Source: Octopus sinensis (taxonomy: Eukaryota). From it: a stretch of DNA of 64,000 nucleotides. The number at the start of each line of letters is the position of its first letter. The stretch's first letter is position 1. Made by a program: the position numbers and the translations under genes. Below the pieces are notes generated by a model, which saw nothing but the letters and a program-made list of their open reading frames with translations, was not told the origin of the DNA and made no database searches. Positions 50,213 through 63,167 of the stretch are shown here, in pieces. The stretch lies in contig NW_021835979.1 of NCBI RefSeq assembly GCF_006345805.1, forward strand, positions 9,763 to 73,762, read 5' to 3'.

Positions 50213-51498
50213 ATTCGGAAATCATATTACTAATATGGCGCTTAATTACCTACTTCTTATCACTAAATGCTTTTTAAAAAAAATTTGTTGTACACACACA
50301 CACACAAACACACACAAAACCTGTGCTGAAAAACTTCCGTTAAAGCACAAACGTCGTTTTGATTATATTTTCATTCTTTATACTTTCGCTCAAAGCTACG
50401 TCCTTTGCGTACATTCTTCTCGACACCCACCATCCATTTTACATAACTTTGCATTAACTTACTTATAATTTTTTTTTTTTTTGCAATATTCCAGGAGAAT
50501 TACTTGTCTACTTCCTACCAGAGCAAAAAAAAAACACAGCAAAAAAAAAAAAGGAACATAAATCGAAGAACTCAAACCATATATAAAAGAATAAAAAATT
50601 GGGAAAAAACAATCAGGAAAACTGCTGCTGCACGGTATGGTAATCGAAAGTCAACAAAATTAAGGAAGGAGTGACACACAACAGTCGCCCTACTCCCTTT
50701 CTTTCTTTCTCCGTCCTACACACATATACGAGATTAAAATAAGATAAATATAATACCCCTCTTAAGCGAGCAAAGAATTTGTGGCAAGATTGTCGTTAAT
50801 CTAAGATCTCTTCTTTCTAATATGATGGTGGCTGTCTTTATTGTCTCTCTCTCCTTTCGGCTACTAACGGAATCGTTTTATTTTCACACCGACCCGAATC
50901 TGTTCGCCCCTCAAGCAATGTAATATAATACTTGCTTGGACATAGACGCTTAGTAAATTTGACAACTCCAAGAAACGGCTCACTGCGTAAGAATTGCCAA
51001 CAAACAACTAATGGCAAAATTCCGAGTCTTGCAAAAACCATTCTGGAACTCATCACCTTTCTGTCAAAGAACTAAACACCGCCTGGATCTCCGTGGTTTT
51101 TTTTTTTTTGGGTCTTTTTTTATTTTTTCGATTAATTTGTCTTCTTCTTTAAATCCTGTCTTCTGCTTTTCTGCCAGAATTTTTCTTGTTTCTTTTTTTG
51201 TTTTTTGTTTCTCTTTCCCGTTTTTGATCAGCGAATGATTGAAGAAATAAATGAATGGGGCAAAGACTTATTTATACAAAATTGCACATTGTATAGATGT
51301 TAACTTCATTGAACATGGCTAACTGAGTGGACGGGCCTATACAACTTATTATCACTTCGCCTCCTTTCTCCCACCCTCTCTCTTTACCCCACCCCTTTCT
51401 TCGCATTCTATCCGACTCTCCTGCTTTTTATTCGTCATCTATTTTTATCTCCCTATATCATATGAGTGTTCGCGTATTCATATAAGCATATATATATA

Positions 51499-51534
<36 letters not shown>

Positions 51535-51586
51535 ACATTACGTACATACATAAGTATGTGAGTGTGCGTATCTATCTACCTAACTG

Positions 51587-51665
<79 letters not shown>

Positions 51666-51666
51666 G

Positions 51667-51723
<57 letters not shown>

Positions 51724-52691
51724 AGCCGTTGCTAGCTCTCTCTCTCTCTCCCTCTCTCCCTCTTTCTATTTAGAAATGAAAATAAATATAGACGTCTATG
51801 TTTACATACATACACCGAATCTAAAAAATATGTTTCTGAATTGGGAATAATTACCTCTTTCTCACATAGTTTCTCATCTATCTTCCTTCGTACCTTGCTA
51901 TCTCTCTAATTAGTACTCCCTCATTAGTGCCACTATTTCTTTAATTCACTTCTCCCCCCCCACCACCACCAGAGTAGCACCTTACACTTTCTATCCCTCT
52001 TTTCATCCTCTTCCTCCTCTCTCTTTATAACCCCTTCACCCCTTCACCATTCTCTCTGTGACACAGATTCACTCATACTTCAGCTATTTTCGTTTTTTAT
52101 CTTCATCTATCTTTCAGTTCCGAACCCTAACCATCACAGAACCCACCCTTCTCCAACGACCACTTTATTTTCTTGCTTCCTCTGTCCCCTTCGTGGTCGG
52201 TCACAATTTTTTTCTTTATCCTCTACTAAACAGTAACGTCTTAATGAAAATGACAATAATAAGTCATATGACAACGGACGGGCAACAAGAACAACAAGAA
52301 CAACAACAACAATATTAACAAGAATAATAAAAGCCCTTATATGAGAAATAGAAAATTACTATAATTAACTAAAAATAAAGTGACATAATATATATAGAAA
52401 TATAAACACTGTAAATAAAATAATAAGGAAAGACAACTCTGGACAAGTGAAAGACCCGTGAAATTGAAAGAAAGAAAGAAAAGCAAGAAGAATGATAAAC
52501 AATGATAAACATATATAAAAAAAAATGGAGAAGACTAATTCTATACCTAACCATAAATGCTTTCCGTTAGAAAAAGAAAACTCAATAAAACATGGGTTAA
52601 ACAAGAAAAAAATAATGGAAACATTAACCGATATGTGTATGGGCGTCAAGCTAACAAAAAATATAATTTAAGCTATAGAGCATATTGCATA

Positions 52692-52771
<80 letters not shown>

Positions 52772-52796
52772 TATATATATATATATATATAATATA

Positions 52797-52855
<59 letters not shown>

Positions 52856-53316
52856 CATACACACATACATGTATAATGAGAGTAAAAAAAATCCTCGATG
52901 AAAATCCCAAACGAGAATTCAAGGAAGAAAGAATCTTTGGCATTCATTTTGTGTCTATTCATTAACATTCATTACTTGACCATGCCAAACCAATGACTTA
53001 TTCTAAATATATTGACGACCGAACAATGTAAAATATAAGCTAAATGAATCCACATCACTATTTTCGCATTACCATTATTATATTTATTTATATATTTATT
53101 TATTTATTTATTTATGTATTTATTCTTCAAATGATCACGAAAGTTTTTAAGAAGAATATTCGAGTGAAGAATATTGTGAAATAGAAGCACACATATACGC
53201 GCACACTCCTAACCCCACACATTCGGATAAGCAGATGAAATGAAGAACTATTGCATATATGTAGATCAAGTTTATTTATGCGTTTGAAGCTGATAATCCG
53301 TTTCCTCTCTACTCAG

Positions 53317-53378
53317 AATTTAATGAATGCATTCTGGTCACTTTATATACAACCTATCGTCGTCGACTGCTACCTATA
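53317..53378 (+). CDS. Weak candidate 62-nt exon
   Basis: Acceptor tttcctctctactcAG|, donor ata|GTAAGG, two open frames; no protein recognised. Confidence 0.18.
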
Positions 53379-53608
53379 GTAAGGTTTAATTCGAATCTGT
53401 TATTTTTCGCACCCGCTGAAGAGACGAATAGTTGCTGAAAAATCTGGGTATCTCGGAAATTCACCTGCTGTTAAACAGAAGCATATTTTCTTTATATAAA
53501 TATTTTGTAGGTCATTGTCTCCCGTTATTTACTTCACATAAATGTTGGTTATAGCCCCAACTAATTTTCCAAGGCCGACCAATGCTTTGTGAAACTGAGC
53601 GGAAGTCC

Positions 53609-53656
<48 letters not shown>

Positions 53657-53812
53657 GTATGTATATATGTATATGTATATATACATATATATGTGTGTGT
53701 GTGAGTGACGTCAGTAACACATTTGATCACAGGTCTACTGGACCATGGCTAACTTGGGACTAAACAATAACAATAATAATAAAAAGAAACATTGTAGAAA
53801 TCAAGAAAACGA

Positions 53813-53859
<47 letters not shown>

Positions 53860-54166
53860 TCGACGATGATGATGATGTTAGTGGTAGTGGTATTGATGAT
53901 GGAAATAATGTTAATATTGGTTTCAAATGTTGGTGTAAGGCCAACAATTTCAGGAGAGAGATAAATCGATAAAATCGATCACAGTCCTCAGCTGGTACTT
54001 ATTCTATCGACCCCGAAAGGAGAAAGGCGAAGTCAACCTCCTGAACACAGAGTGTAAAGACGGCCGAAATGCCGCGGAGCATTTTGTCCCGCGTGCTATC
54101 GATTCTGCCAGCTCATGGTTTTAGTAATAATAATAATCCTTTCTGCTATAGGTACAAGGCCTAAAA

Positions 54167-54554
54167 GTGGAGGCGCAATGACCCAGTGGTTAGGACAGCG
54201 GACTCGCGGTCATAGGATCGCAGTTTCGATTCCCAGACCGGGCGTTGTGAGTGTTTATTGAGCGAAAACACCTAAAAGCTCCACGAGGCTCTGGCAGGGG
54301 ATGGTGCTGATCCCTGCTGTACTCTTTCACCACAACTTTCTCTCACTCTTACTTCCTGTTTCTGTTGTACCTGTATTTCAAAGGGCCGGCCTTGTCACTC
54401 TCTGTGTCACGCTGAATATCCCCGAGAACTACGTGAAGGGTACACGTGTCTGTGGAGTGCTCAGCCACTTACACGTTAATTTCACGAGCAGGCTGTTCCG
54501 TTGATTTGGATCAACCGGAACCCTCGTCGTCGTAACCGACGGAGTGCTTCCACC
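54167..54554 (+). mobile_element. SINE family A, full length, inserted in a B-type element
   Basis: TSD acaaggcctaaaa (54154-54166) / acaaggactaaaa (54555-54567). Confidence 0.95.
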
Positions 54555-54734
54555 ACAAGGACTAAAATTTCGGGGACGGGGTCTGTCGATTAGATCAACC
54601 GCAGAACGCAAATGGTACTTAATTTATCGACCCCGAAAGGATAAAAAGCAAAGTCGAACCCAGCGGCATTTGAACTCAGAATATGAAGACAAACGAAATG
54701 TCGCTAAGTATTTTGCTCGGCGTGCTAACCATTC

Positions 54735-55121
54735 TTTTCTCCTCTAGGCTCGAAATTTTGGGGGAGGAGGCTAGTCGATTAGATCGATCCCACTACGCGA
54801 CTGAAACTTAATTTGTCGAACCCGAAAAGATGAAAGGCAAAGTCGACCTCGGCGGAATTTGAACTCTGAACGTAAAGACACGAAATACCTATTTCTTTAT
54901 TACCCACAAGGAGCTAAACATAGAGGAGACAAACAAAGACAGACAAACGGATTAAGTCAATTATATTGACCCCAGTGCGTAACTGGTACTTGATTTATCG
55001 ACCCGAAAGCATGAAAGGCAAAGTCGACCTCGGCGGAATTTGAACTCAGAACGTAACGGCAGACGAAATACCGCAAAGCATTTCGCCCGGCGTGCTAACG
55101 TTTCTGCCAGCTCGCTGCCTT
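54735..55121 (-). mobile_element. SINE B dimer (B1 full 54891-55121 plus truncated B2)
   Basis: Junction AAAGAAATA|GGTATTTCG on the minus strand at 54890/1. Confidence 0.88.
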
Positions 55122-55219
55122 GTGTAATGATAATAATAATACTTTTCCGTGGAAGAATATTAATTATAATTGTAAATCATAATAAAAATAAACTTACAAC
55201 AAAAAACTATGGCTATAGT

Positions 55220-55626
55220 AGGCGCAGGAGTGGCTGTGTGGTAAGTAGCTTGCTTACCAACCACATGGGTCCGGGTTCAGTCTCACTGCATGGCACATTG
55301 GGCAAGTGTCTTCTACTATAGCCTCGGGCCGACCAAAGCCTTGTGAGTGGATTTGGTAGATGGAAACTGAAAGAAGCCCGTCGTATATATGTATATATAT
55401 ATATGCGTGTGTCTGTGTTTGTCCCCCTAGCATTGCTTGACAACCGATGCTGGTGTGTTTATGTCCCTGTTACTTAGCGGTTCGGCAAAAGAGACCGATA
55501 GAATAAGTACTGGGCTTACAAAAGAATAAGTCCCGGGGTCGAGTTGCTCGATTAAAGGCGGTGCTCCAGCATGGCCGCAGTCAAATGACTGAAACAAGTA
55601 AAAGAGTAAAAAGAGTAAAAGAGAGT
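55220..55626 (+). mobile_element. SINE family C, full length
   Basis: Complete head, core and (GTAAAAGA)n tail. Confidence 0.92.
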
Positions 55627-55887
55627 ATTATAACATTAACACAGTAATAATTAATATTTATCATAATTAGCATTGTGTTAATGAAAGTAGACAAAGAATA
55701 GGAGGCAGAAGTGCACGAAATGTTGGCAATGATGATATCGATGAAGATGATGGTGATGATGATAGTGGTTGTAGTGGTGGTGGCTATGGGGGATGAGATG
55801 CGACGTAAGGAGAGATGTGGTCGGTAGGCAAAAAGGTAACAAACAACGCAAGAAGGGAAAAACTGCCCGAAAATCTAACTAACAACA

Positions 55888-56280
55888 TTGATGATGGAAG
55901 TACTCCGTCGGTTACGACGACGAGGGTTCCGGTTGATCCGAATCAACGGAACAGCCTGCTCGTGAAATTAACGTGTAAGTGGCTGAGCACTCCACAGACA
56001 CGTGTACCCTTCACGTAGTTCTCGGGGATATTCAGCGGGACACAGAGAGTGACAAGGCCGGCCCCTTGAAATACAGGTACAACAGAAACAGGAAGTAAGA
56101 GTGAGAGAAAGTTGTGGTGAAAGAGTACAGCAGGGATCAGCACCATCCCCTGCCGGAGCCTCGTGGAGCTTTTAGGTGTTTTCGCTCAATAAACACTCAC
56201 AACGCCCGGTCTGGGAATCGAAACCGCAATCCTACGACCGCGGGTCCGCTGCCCTAACCACTGGGCCATTGCGCCTCCAC
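55888..56280 (-). mobile_element. SINE family A, full length
   Basis: TSD ctaacaaca at 55879-55887 and 56282-56290. Confidence 0.95.
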
Positions 56281-57139
56281 TCTAACAACACTACAACACC
56301 CTCAAAAACCCACCACTACCACATCCACTATCACCATCCTTAACACAGCCTCCGATACCTTCTACTCAACTACCGCACATAACATGACGGATTAGATCAT
56401 TGATTTAATGTCTTAAAATCTTTCTTTAATGTAAGGGGGCGGAAGCTTCATTGATTAACGTTTCCTCGCTCCTTGTTACATTGGTGTTAGCAATGAATTG
56501 GCAAATCGTTTTCCTTGCGGATGGCAACCCTACGTAATTTCTCTCGGTCATTTTATCATACATAACGATTGGTTAAACAAAAAGCTCGCCATCCAATTAA
56601 ACGTCAGTGAAAATATTTTAATTTCATCAAGTAACAAAAAACTCTCTATCCATTATTGCTTTCTCGCAACGCCATCTAGAGAAAGTCGTCTGTTTTTCTT
56701 CATTACATTACATCGCTTTCCCTTGCCCCGCCATCTTTATATTTTAATTATAATATTTTTAATTGTAATTATTGTTATTGTCTTTGTGGTGAAGTAGGCA
56801 GAAATATTAGACTGCCGGACTAATTGCTTCTGTCTCTTCAGGATTTAATTACGCTGTTTAATTATTGTTATGTTCTGAGTGAAGAAGGTGGCGAGCTGGC
56901 AGACTCATCGGAGCGAGGGAAAATCGCATTTCTTCCGGCTCTTAACGTTTTAAGTTCAAATTCCACCGAAGTCAAATTTGTCTTTCATCTTTTCGGGGTC
57001 GATAAAATAAGTAACAGTTGAGTATCTGGTCGATGTAAGTGACTTCCCTGCCCCTCAAAATTGCTGGTCTTGTGCCAAATTTAGAAAGAATTATTGTAAT
57101 ATTCTGCGTGAAGAAGGCCGTAAGCTATCACAATCGCTA

Positions 57140-58125
57140 TACGAAGGGATATCAAAAAGGTTTCCGAAATAGTTCTGTAGCGCGCCAACAGATGGCAGCA
57201 CACGGTTGCGTGCGCTGTGAGAGTTAACAGTGAACTTCATGAGGCAGTGTGCCGAGTAACATTTCTGTGTTTACTAGGCAAATTGTGAAATTTGTGTTTT
57301 AGGCGTAAGAGTGGCTGTGTGGTAAGTAGCTTGCTTACCAACTACATAGTTCTGGGTTCAGTCCCACTGCGTGGTACCTTGGGCAAGTGTTTTCTACTAT
57401 AGCCTCGGGCTGACCAAAGCCTTGTGAGTGGATTTGGTAGACGGAAACTGAAAGAAGCCCGTCGTATATATGTCTATATATATGTATGCGTGTGTGTATG
57501 TTTGTGTCAGTGTTTGTCCCCTCAACGTCGCTTGATAACCGATACTGGTGTGTTTACGTCCTCGTAACTTAGCGGTTCGGCTAAAGAGACCGATAGAATA
57601 AATACTAGGCTTACAAAGAATAAGTCCTGGGGTCGATTTGCTCGACTAAAGGCGGTGCTCCAGCATGGCCGCAGTCAAGCGACTGAAACAAGTAAAAGAA
57701 TAAAAGAACGTGTATGCTGTAGTTTGCGATTTTTTATCATGGACAGAAAGTTGGAACAAAGAGCCATCGTCAAATTTTGCGTTAGACTTAGGAAGTCTGC
57801 TACAGAGACATTGAACATGCTTTGGCAAGCTTATGGCGATGAGGCGATGTTTTGGGTGGGACGGGCGCTTCAAAAACGGATGGCAGAGCCTCAGCTCAAT
57901 CAAGAGCATGCTCGCCGTTTTCTTTTCTACATACCCGGTATCGTGCATCGAGAATTCGTCCTCCAGGGCCAGACCATCAATCGAGAGTTCTACTGCGACA
58001 TTCTGAAGCATTTGAGGGAAGGAAATTTGGAACTGTGGAGCGCGAAGAATTGGATTTTTCACGACGACAATGCACCCTGTTATCAATCTCTCCTCACTCG
58101 TGAGTTTTTCGCTAAAATCATGATA
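57140..58125 (+). mobile_element. Decayed mariner transposon with internal deletions, interrupted by SINE C
   Basis: TIR-like TA|CGAAGGGATATCAAAAAG; MDRKLEQRAIVKFCVRLRKSATETLNMLWQAYGDEAM; GIVHREFVLQGQTINREFYCDIL; WIFHDDNAPC. Confidence 0.88.
57301..57708 (+). mobile_element. SINE family C, full length
   Basis: C consensus. Confidence 0.92.
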
Positions 58126-58350
58126 TTAAGCATAATTAAATCTCAGAATGAGATTGAAACAGTAATCGCTCGATAATGTAAAGTATAGAAGCCATCTTAT
58201 CATGGCTAACCACATTGGGGAGGGGGTGTTACTGTAGCTTTATCGCCCGAAGAGATCGTCGTCTCTAGCTGGCTTTAGACACAATATCAGTGTCCTTGGA
58301 GTATTTGCAAAGGGAGGCCATCCCTTCCTCGCAAGCCTGAGTGATACGCT

Positions 58351-58385
58351 CGAACTAGTTTCGGGATTTTTGTCCCTCGTCAACG
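58351..58385 (-). ncRNA. Degenerate minimal hammerhead-like motif (UUGACGA core)
   Basis: Reverse complement: cg-TTGACGA-gggac(aaaaa)tccc-GAAA-ctag-TT-cg; palindromic ACTAGT stem III. Confidence 0.45.
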
Positions 58386-59044
58386 GGCGGTAACCACCAG
58401 GTCGCGATTAAGTAATTTCATCTCTTTTCATGTATTATTTTCTTATAAATCTGATTCTTTTGTAGAAATGTTGGAAGGGTCTTTATATTTGTATGTTTTT
58501 TTATGTTTTATTATGAAATATTAGAGAAGTTGTTATTAGGTTTTTATGCTTGGTTTGTGTGTTTGACTTGGTTTGTGTGTGTTAATCCCATATTTATACA
58601 CATACCTATTTATGTATGACTCTGAATATATGCATATAAACATACGTACATGTACATACTCTAAACATACACACACACACATGAATATGTGTGTGGAAAC
58701 AGTAATTGCTTCTACACCCGCCCTATTCGCCAGATTTAGCACCTGCGGACTTACATCTGTTTCCAATGAGGAAAAGGTAGCTCAAATGTCACTGTTTTAA
58801 TACCGTTCTCGAGATCCAGAGCGAATCACTGAACGTCCTTGACTAGCTTACGGAAAACTCCTGTAGAGACGAAGTGTAGTATCATCTACGAAGATATATT
58901 CGCTACCGATTAACGGCTGATTATATACTGAATTCAAATCCCACTTTAGCTGATTTATGTGTCATGCATCCAGGAGATTTAATGGTGGTGGTGGCAGGTG
59001 ATAATAAAAAGTACAGAGTGTATACTGAGATCAGTCTAACTGAT

Positions 59045-59440
59045 AGGCATGGCTGTGCAGTAAGAAGCATACTTCCGAACTACATGGTTCTGGGTTCAAT
59101 CCCACTGCGTGGAACCTTGTGCATGTGTCTTCTACTATAGCCTCGGGCTGATTAACCCTTTAGCATTTAAACTGGCCATATCCGGCCAAAAATATTCTAC
59201 CTGTTTTATGTTCAAACTAGCCCTATCTGGTCTCTCACACCAACCCTACAATATTGTTTAAAAATTAACAGCTACCCCATCAAAATCTCATGGCTACAAG
59301 ATAATGAATGATTAGTTCAAAACAATGTGGATGAAGAAGCATTAATTTTGGCAGAATAATGTGAACACTAAAGGGTTAAAGCCTCATGAGTGGATTTGGT
59401 AGACGGAAACTGAAAGAAGCTCGTCGTATACATATGTATA

Positions 59441-59484
<44 letters not shown>

Positions 59485-59672
59485 TGTGTTTATCCTCCAT
59501 CACCGCTTAAAAACCAGAGTTTAAGTCTCCGTAACATAGCGGTTCGGCATGAGTGACCGATAGAATAAGTACTAGGCTTACAAAATATAATTTGTCTGAC
59601 TAAAACATTTCAAAGCGGTGCTCCAGTATGGCCGCAGTCAAATGATCAAAGCAAGTAAAAGAATAAAAGAGT
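59045..59672 (+). mobile_element. SINE family C, diverged, interrupted by a piggyBac-type MITE
   Basis: C head and core before 59152; C continuation after 59379. Confidence 0.85.
59156..59375. mobile_element. piggyBac-type MITE
   Basis: TTAA|CCCTTTAG ... CTAAAGGG|TTAA (TSDs at 59152-55 and 59376-79). Confidence 0.88.
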
Positions 59673-59764
59673 ATGCTGGTCTTCTACAAATGATTGGCTT
59701 TTGTGGCCAATGGAACAAAATCATCATCATGATAATACTTACTATTTCAATTGGTGGCGTAATG

Positions 59765-59962
59765 GTAGAAATTGTTTGAGTGCCGGATTATTTGATAGTA
59801 GAACTGGTTACAATACCGGACTGTAAAATGGTAGAATTGGTTAGAGTGCTGCACTGTACTATGGTAATAATGGTTAGAATGCCGAACCGTATGACAGTAG
59901 AATTGGTTAGAATACCGGATTGCATGGTAGTAAAACTGACTACAGTGCGGGATTATGTGGCT
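59765..59962. repeat. Six diverged 33-bp tandem units derived from a SINE B/tRNA-like head
   Basis: Units start at 59765, 59798, 59831, 59864, 59897 and 59930; consensus GTAGAATTGGTTAGAGTGCCGGACTGTAAAATG. Confidence 0.85.
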
Positions 59963-60019
59963 GTAGAACAGGATAATGTTTAGTATTGATTAATTAGCTA
60001 ATTGATTAATTAATTAATC

Positions 60020-60062
<43 letters not shown>

Positions 60063-60122
60063 GTTATTGTTATTATTGTTATTGTTATTGTTATTATTAT
60101 TATTATTATTATTGTTATTGTA

Positions 60123-60185
<63 letters not shown>

Positions 60186-60188
<3 letters not shown>

Positions 60189-60995
60189 TAGTTTTAGTTT
60201 TATAGCGCGCTTTCACTTCACTACCGAGCGCAGCTCCGTGTGCCTTGGGTATGTGCTGTGATTTGTTGTGATGCTCTGATGGTTACTGTATTGAAAGTGT
60301 TCTGCGTAGGATGTGTGCAGTGCTTAGTAGTGCAATTTTCTGTATGTTATATGTGTTTGTAAGTCCTGGTGTTTTTGTTATGTATTTGTGTGAATATTTT
60401 TTTATCATGCCTAATGCACCTACTATGATAGGAATTGTTTCTGTTTTTAGATTCCACATTCTAGTTACCTCTATTTCCAGGTCTTTGTATTTTGAAAGTT
60501 TCTCCATTTCTTTTAGAGACACGTTGTCATCTGCTGGTATTGATACATCAATTAGAAAGCATTTTTTCTTCATGATCTCTGACAACTATATCTGGTCTGT
60601 TGGCTTTAATTTCTCTATCTGTGTGTATTGGCATATCCCAGAGTATGGCTGCCTTGTCGTTTTCTGTGACCTTTTCTGGTGTGTGCCTATACCATCTTTT
60701 TTCTATTGTTATTCCATAATGTTGGCATAGCTTCCAGTGTATGTAGGTCCCAACTCTGTCGTGTCTGTGAATATATTCCTTCTTAGCCAGGACTGGGCAG
60801 CCAGAGATAATATGATTTATTCTTTCTTGTCCATCTCCACATATTGTGCAGTTACTTGTTATATTTCTTTTCGTTATATGTTTTTGGTAATTTCTGGTGG
60901 GGAGGCTTTGGTCTTGAGCTGCAATTAAAAATCCCTCTCTCTCTGCTTTGAGTCCTGAGCTTCTCAACCATTGCTGGGATTTTTCTTTGTCTATT
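60186..60995 (-). mobile_element. R4/Dong-like non-LTR retrotransposon 3' end (CCHC knuckle plus restriction-like endonuclease)
   Basis: EGFLIAAQDQSLPTRNY...CTICGDGQERINHIISGCPVLAKKEYIHRHD...ANRPDIVV..CFLIDVSIP...KLSKYKDL...IVGALG; 3' UTR followed by (AAT)n. Confidence 0.9.
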
Positions 60996-61142
60996 TCTTC
61001 TTCTTCTTCTTCTTCTTCTTCTTCTTCTTCTTCTTCTTCTTCTTCTTCTTTCTTCTTCTTCTTCTTTCTTCTTCTCTTCTTCTTTCTTCTTCTTTCTTCT
61101 TCTTCTTTCTTCTTCTTCTTCTTATTATTATTATTATTATGT

Positions 61143-61430
61143 TGAGTGAGAGAGCAGTGCATGCCATCAAAGTGACACTGGGGTAAAATATACGGAGCCC
61201 AGTATACCCATCATGACTACCCGTCTGCTAAGAGTACACCAGGCACATGCATCACGGCCATATATGCGCGACATGGTGATCTCAAATTATGACAAACAGC
61301 GCATGACCTTGCGGGTGGAGCCCAGTTTGAATATTCTTCAGATCAAGTAACCCATCCTGCTCAAAAGGTCCCTGAATAATGGTTGTTCAATGATGATGAA
61401 CGAAACACCCATGTTTTCAAATGTGAATTA
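61143..61430 (-). mobile_element. Non-microsatellite island between (TTA)/(TTC) arrays; probable 3' UTR of another TAA-associated retroelement
   Basis: The minus strand ends ...CTCTCTCACTCAAC(ATA ATA..), mirroring the 3' architecture of 60186-60995. The assignment is inference. Confidence 0.45.
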
Positions 61431-61598
61431 TTCATTCTTCTTCTTCTTCTTCTTCTTCTTCTTCTTCTTCTTCTTCTTCTTCTTCTCCTCCTCCCCCCTC
61501 CTCCTCCTCCTCCTCATTATTATTATCATAATCATTATTATTATTATTATTATTAATATTATATTAATTATTATTTATTATTATTATCTATTATTTTT

Positions 61599-61681
<83 letters not shown>

Positions 61682-62345
61682 TAGACACACATCATATTAG
61701 ACCTGTTGGAAAAGTAAAATTCCTAATATCGGGCTACAACAAGTAACCTTAGATACCAAGAATCCTCCTAAGTATCCTAGCTGTCCCTGTTTTCTGGAGC
61801 TGGACTAAACTGGATTTTATGCCTATTTCCTCTATCCATCTGTTCAAATCTTAAGGATAGTTCCTAATGCACCTATAACTACTGGGTTACATTTTATTTG
61901 CACTTCCATAGTCTCAGTAATTCAATGGCAAGGTTCAGGCACTTTGCTATGTTTTCTATACCTCTCATATTGATTTTTTCATAATTGAGATTGTAAAGTC
62001 AATTATCTGGAACTTTCTATCCTCTTTGTCTACTACTGCTAAATCAAGCCTTCTAGCTTCTATTAATCTTTAAGTCTGAATGTTAAAGTCCCACATCACC
62101 TTATATTTCTTACTTTCTAGTACTTTAATAGATTCATGTTCATACCATTTATCAGTATGGTAAAATCCTAGCTTTCTACATAACTTCCAGTGGATTACTC
62201 TCCCTAGTTTGTCATGACTTTTCTTGTATTCTTTCTGTGCCAGTATGCCAATTCACTTACTATATGAGTAACACTTTCTTCTTTTATTTGCATAACTTAC
62301 ATTGGGAATCTACTTAGCTTTTGTCTATCGTGGCTTTTATGTAAT
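61682..62345 (-). mobile_element. Second, more decayed R4/Dong-like 3' remnant of a different family
   Basis: ESVTHIVSE..LAQKEYKKSHDKLGRVIHWKLC...KWYEH...WDFNIQT..IEARRLDLAVVDK...IIDF...PVVIGALGT, with stops and frameshifts. Confidence 0.82.
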
Positions 62346-62524
62346 TAGTCCTTAATGCATGATCTTGTGCTGCTACTAACAAACTTTCTGTTTCCCTTTT
62401 CAACCTTCCTTTCTACAACCATAACCACATCTCACTACTACTATTTACTGCTACTATCTTTGGGGACCTCCTGCCAGCCAGATAGCTGTTATTCTTTTTT
62501 ATGTGTGATTCTAGTAGCTCTTAA

Positions 62525-62560
62525 TAAAATTTATTCATTATCATTATTATTATTATTATA

Positions 62561-62656
<96 letters not shown>

Positions 62657-62736
62657 CATCATCATCATCATCATCATCATCATAATCATCATCATTATTA
62701 TCATTATTATCATCATCGTCATCATCATCATCATTA

Positions 62737-62773
<37 letters not shown>

Positions 62774-62873
62774 CATTATTATCATCAATCATCATCATCA
62801 TCATCATCATCATCATTATTATTATTATCATTATTATCATCATCGTCATCATTGTTATTATTATTATTATTTC

Positions 62874-62948
<75 letters not shown>

Positions 62949-62950
62949 TA
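62525..62950. repeat. (ATT)n/(ATC)n microsatellite
   Basis: Directly visible. Confidence 0.97.
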
Positions 62951-63167
62951 TTCTGCAGAAGACGTAAAAGTTAAAATGCCAGATTAAAAAATATTATTGC
63001 ATTTCCCGTGGAATACAGAGATATTGAAGTGCCAGATGAAAAAATGTTATCGTTTTATTTTCACGAGAAATCAGATAGTTTGCAATGCCGGATTAAATTA
63101 TCTTTAGTGTATCTGCAGTGGAAGTGAATGTGAGAAAGACTGAAGTGCTAGATTAAGTTATTGTGAC

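Noticed and set aside
50838-51238. Short ORFs in unique sequence
   Set aside because: No recognisable domain and no convincing splice or start context.
10485-56146. Recurrent 61-83 aa ORF (MVVIPAVLFHHNFLSLLLPVS...) in many places
   Set aside because: It is the internal sequence of young SINE A copies; its recurrence reflects copy identity, not coding selection.
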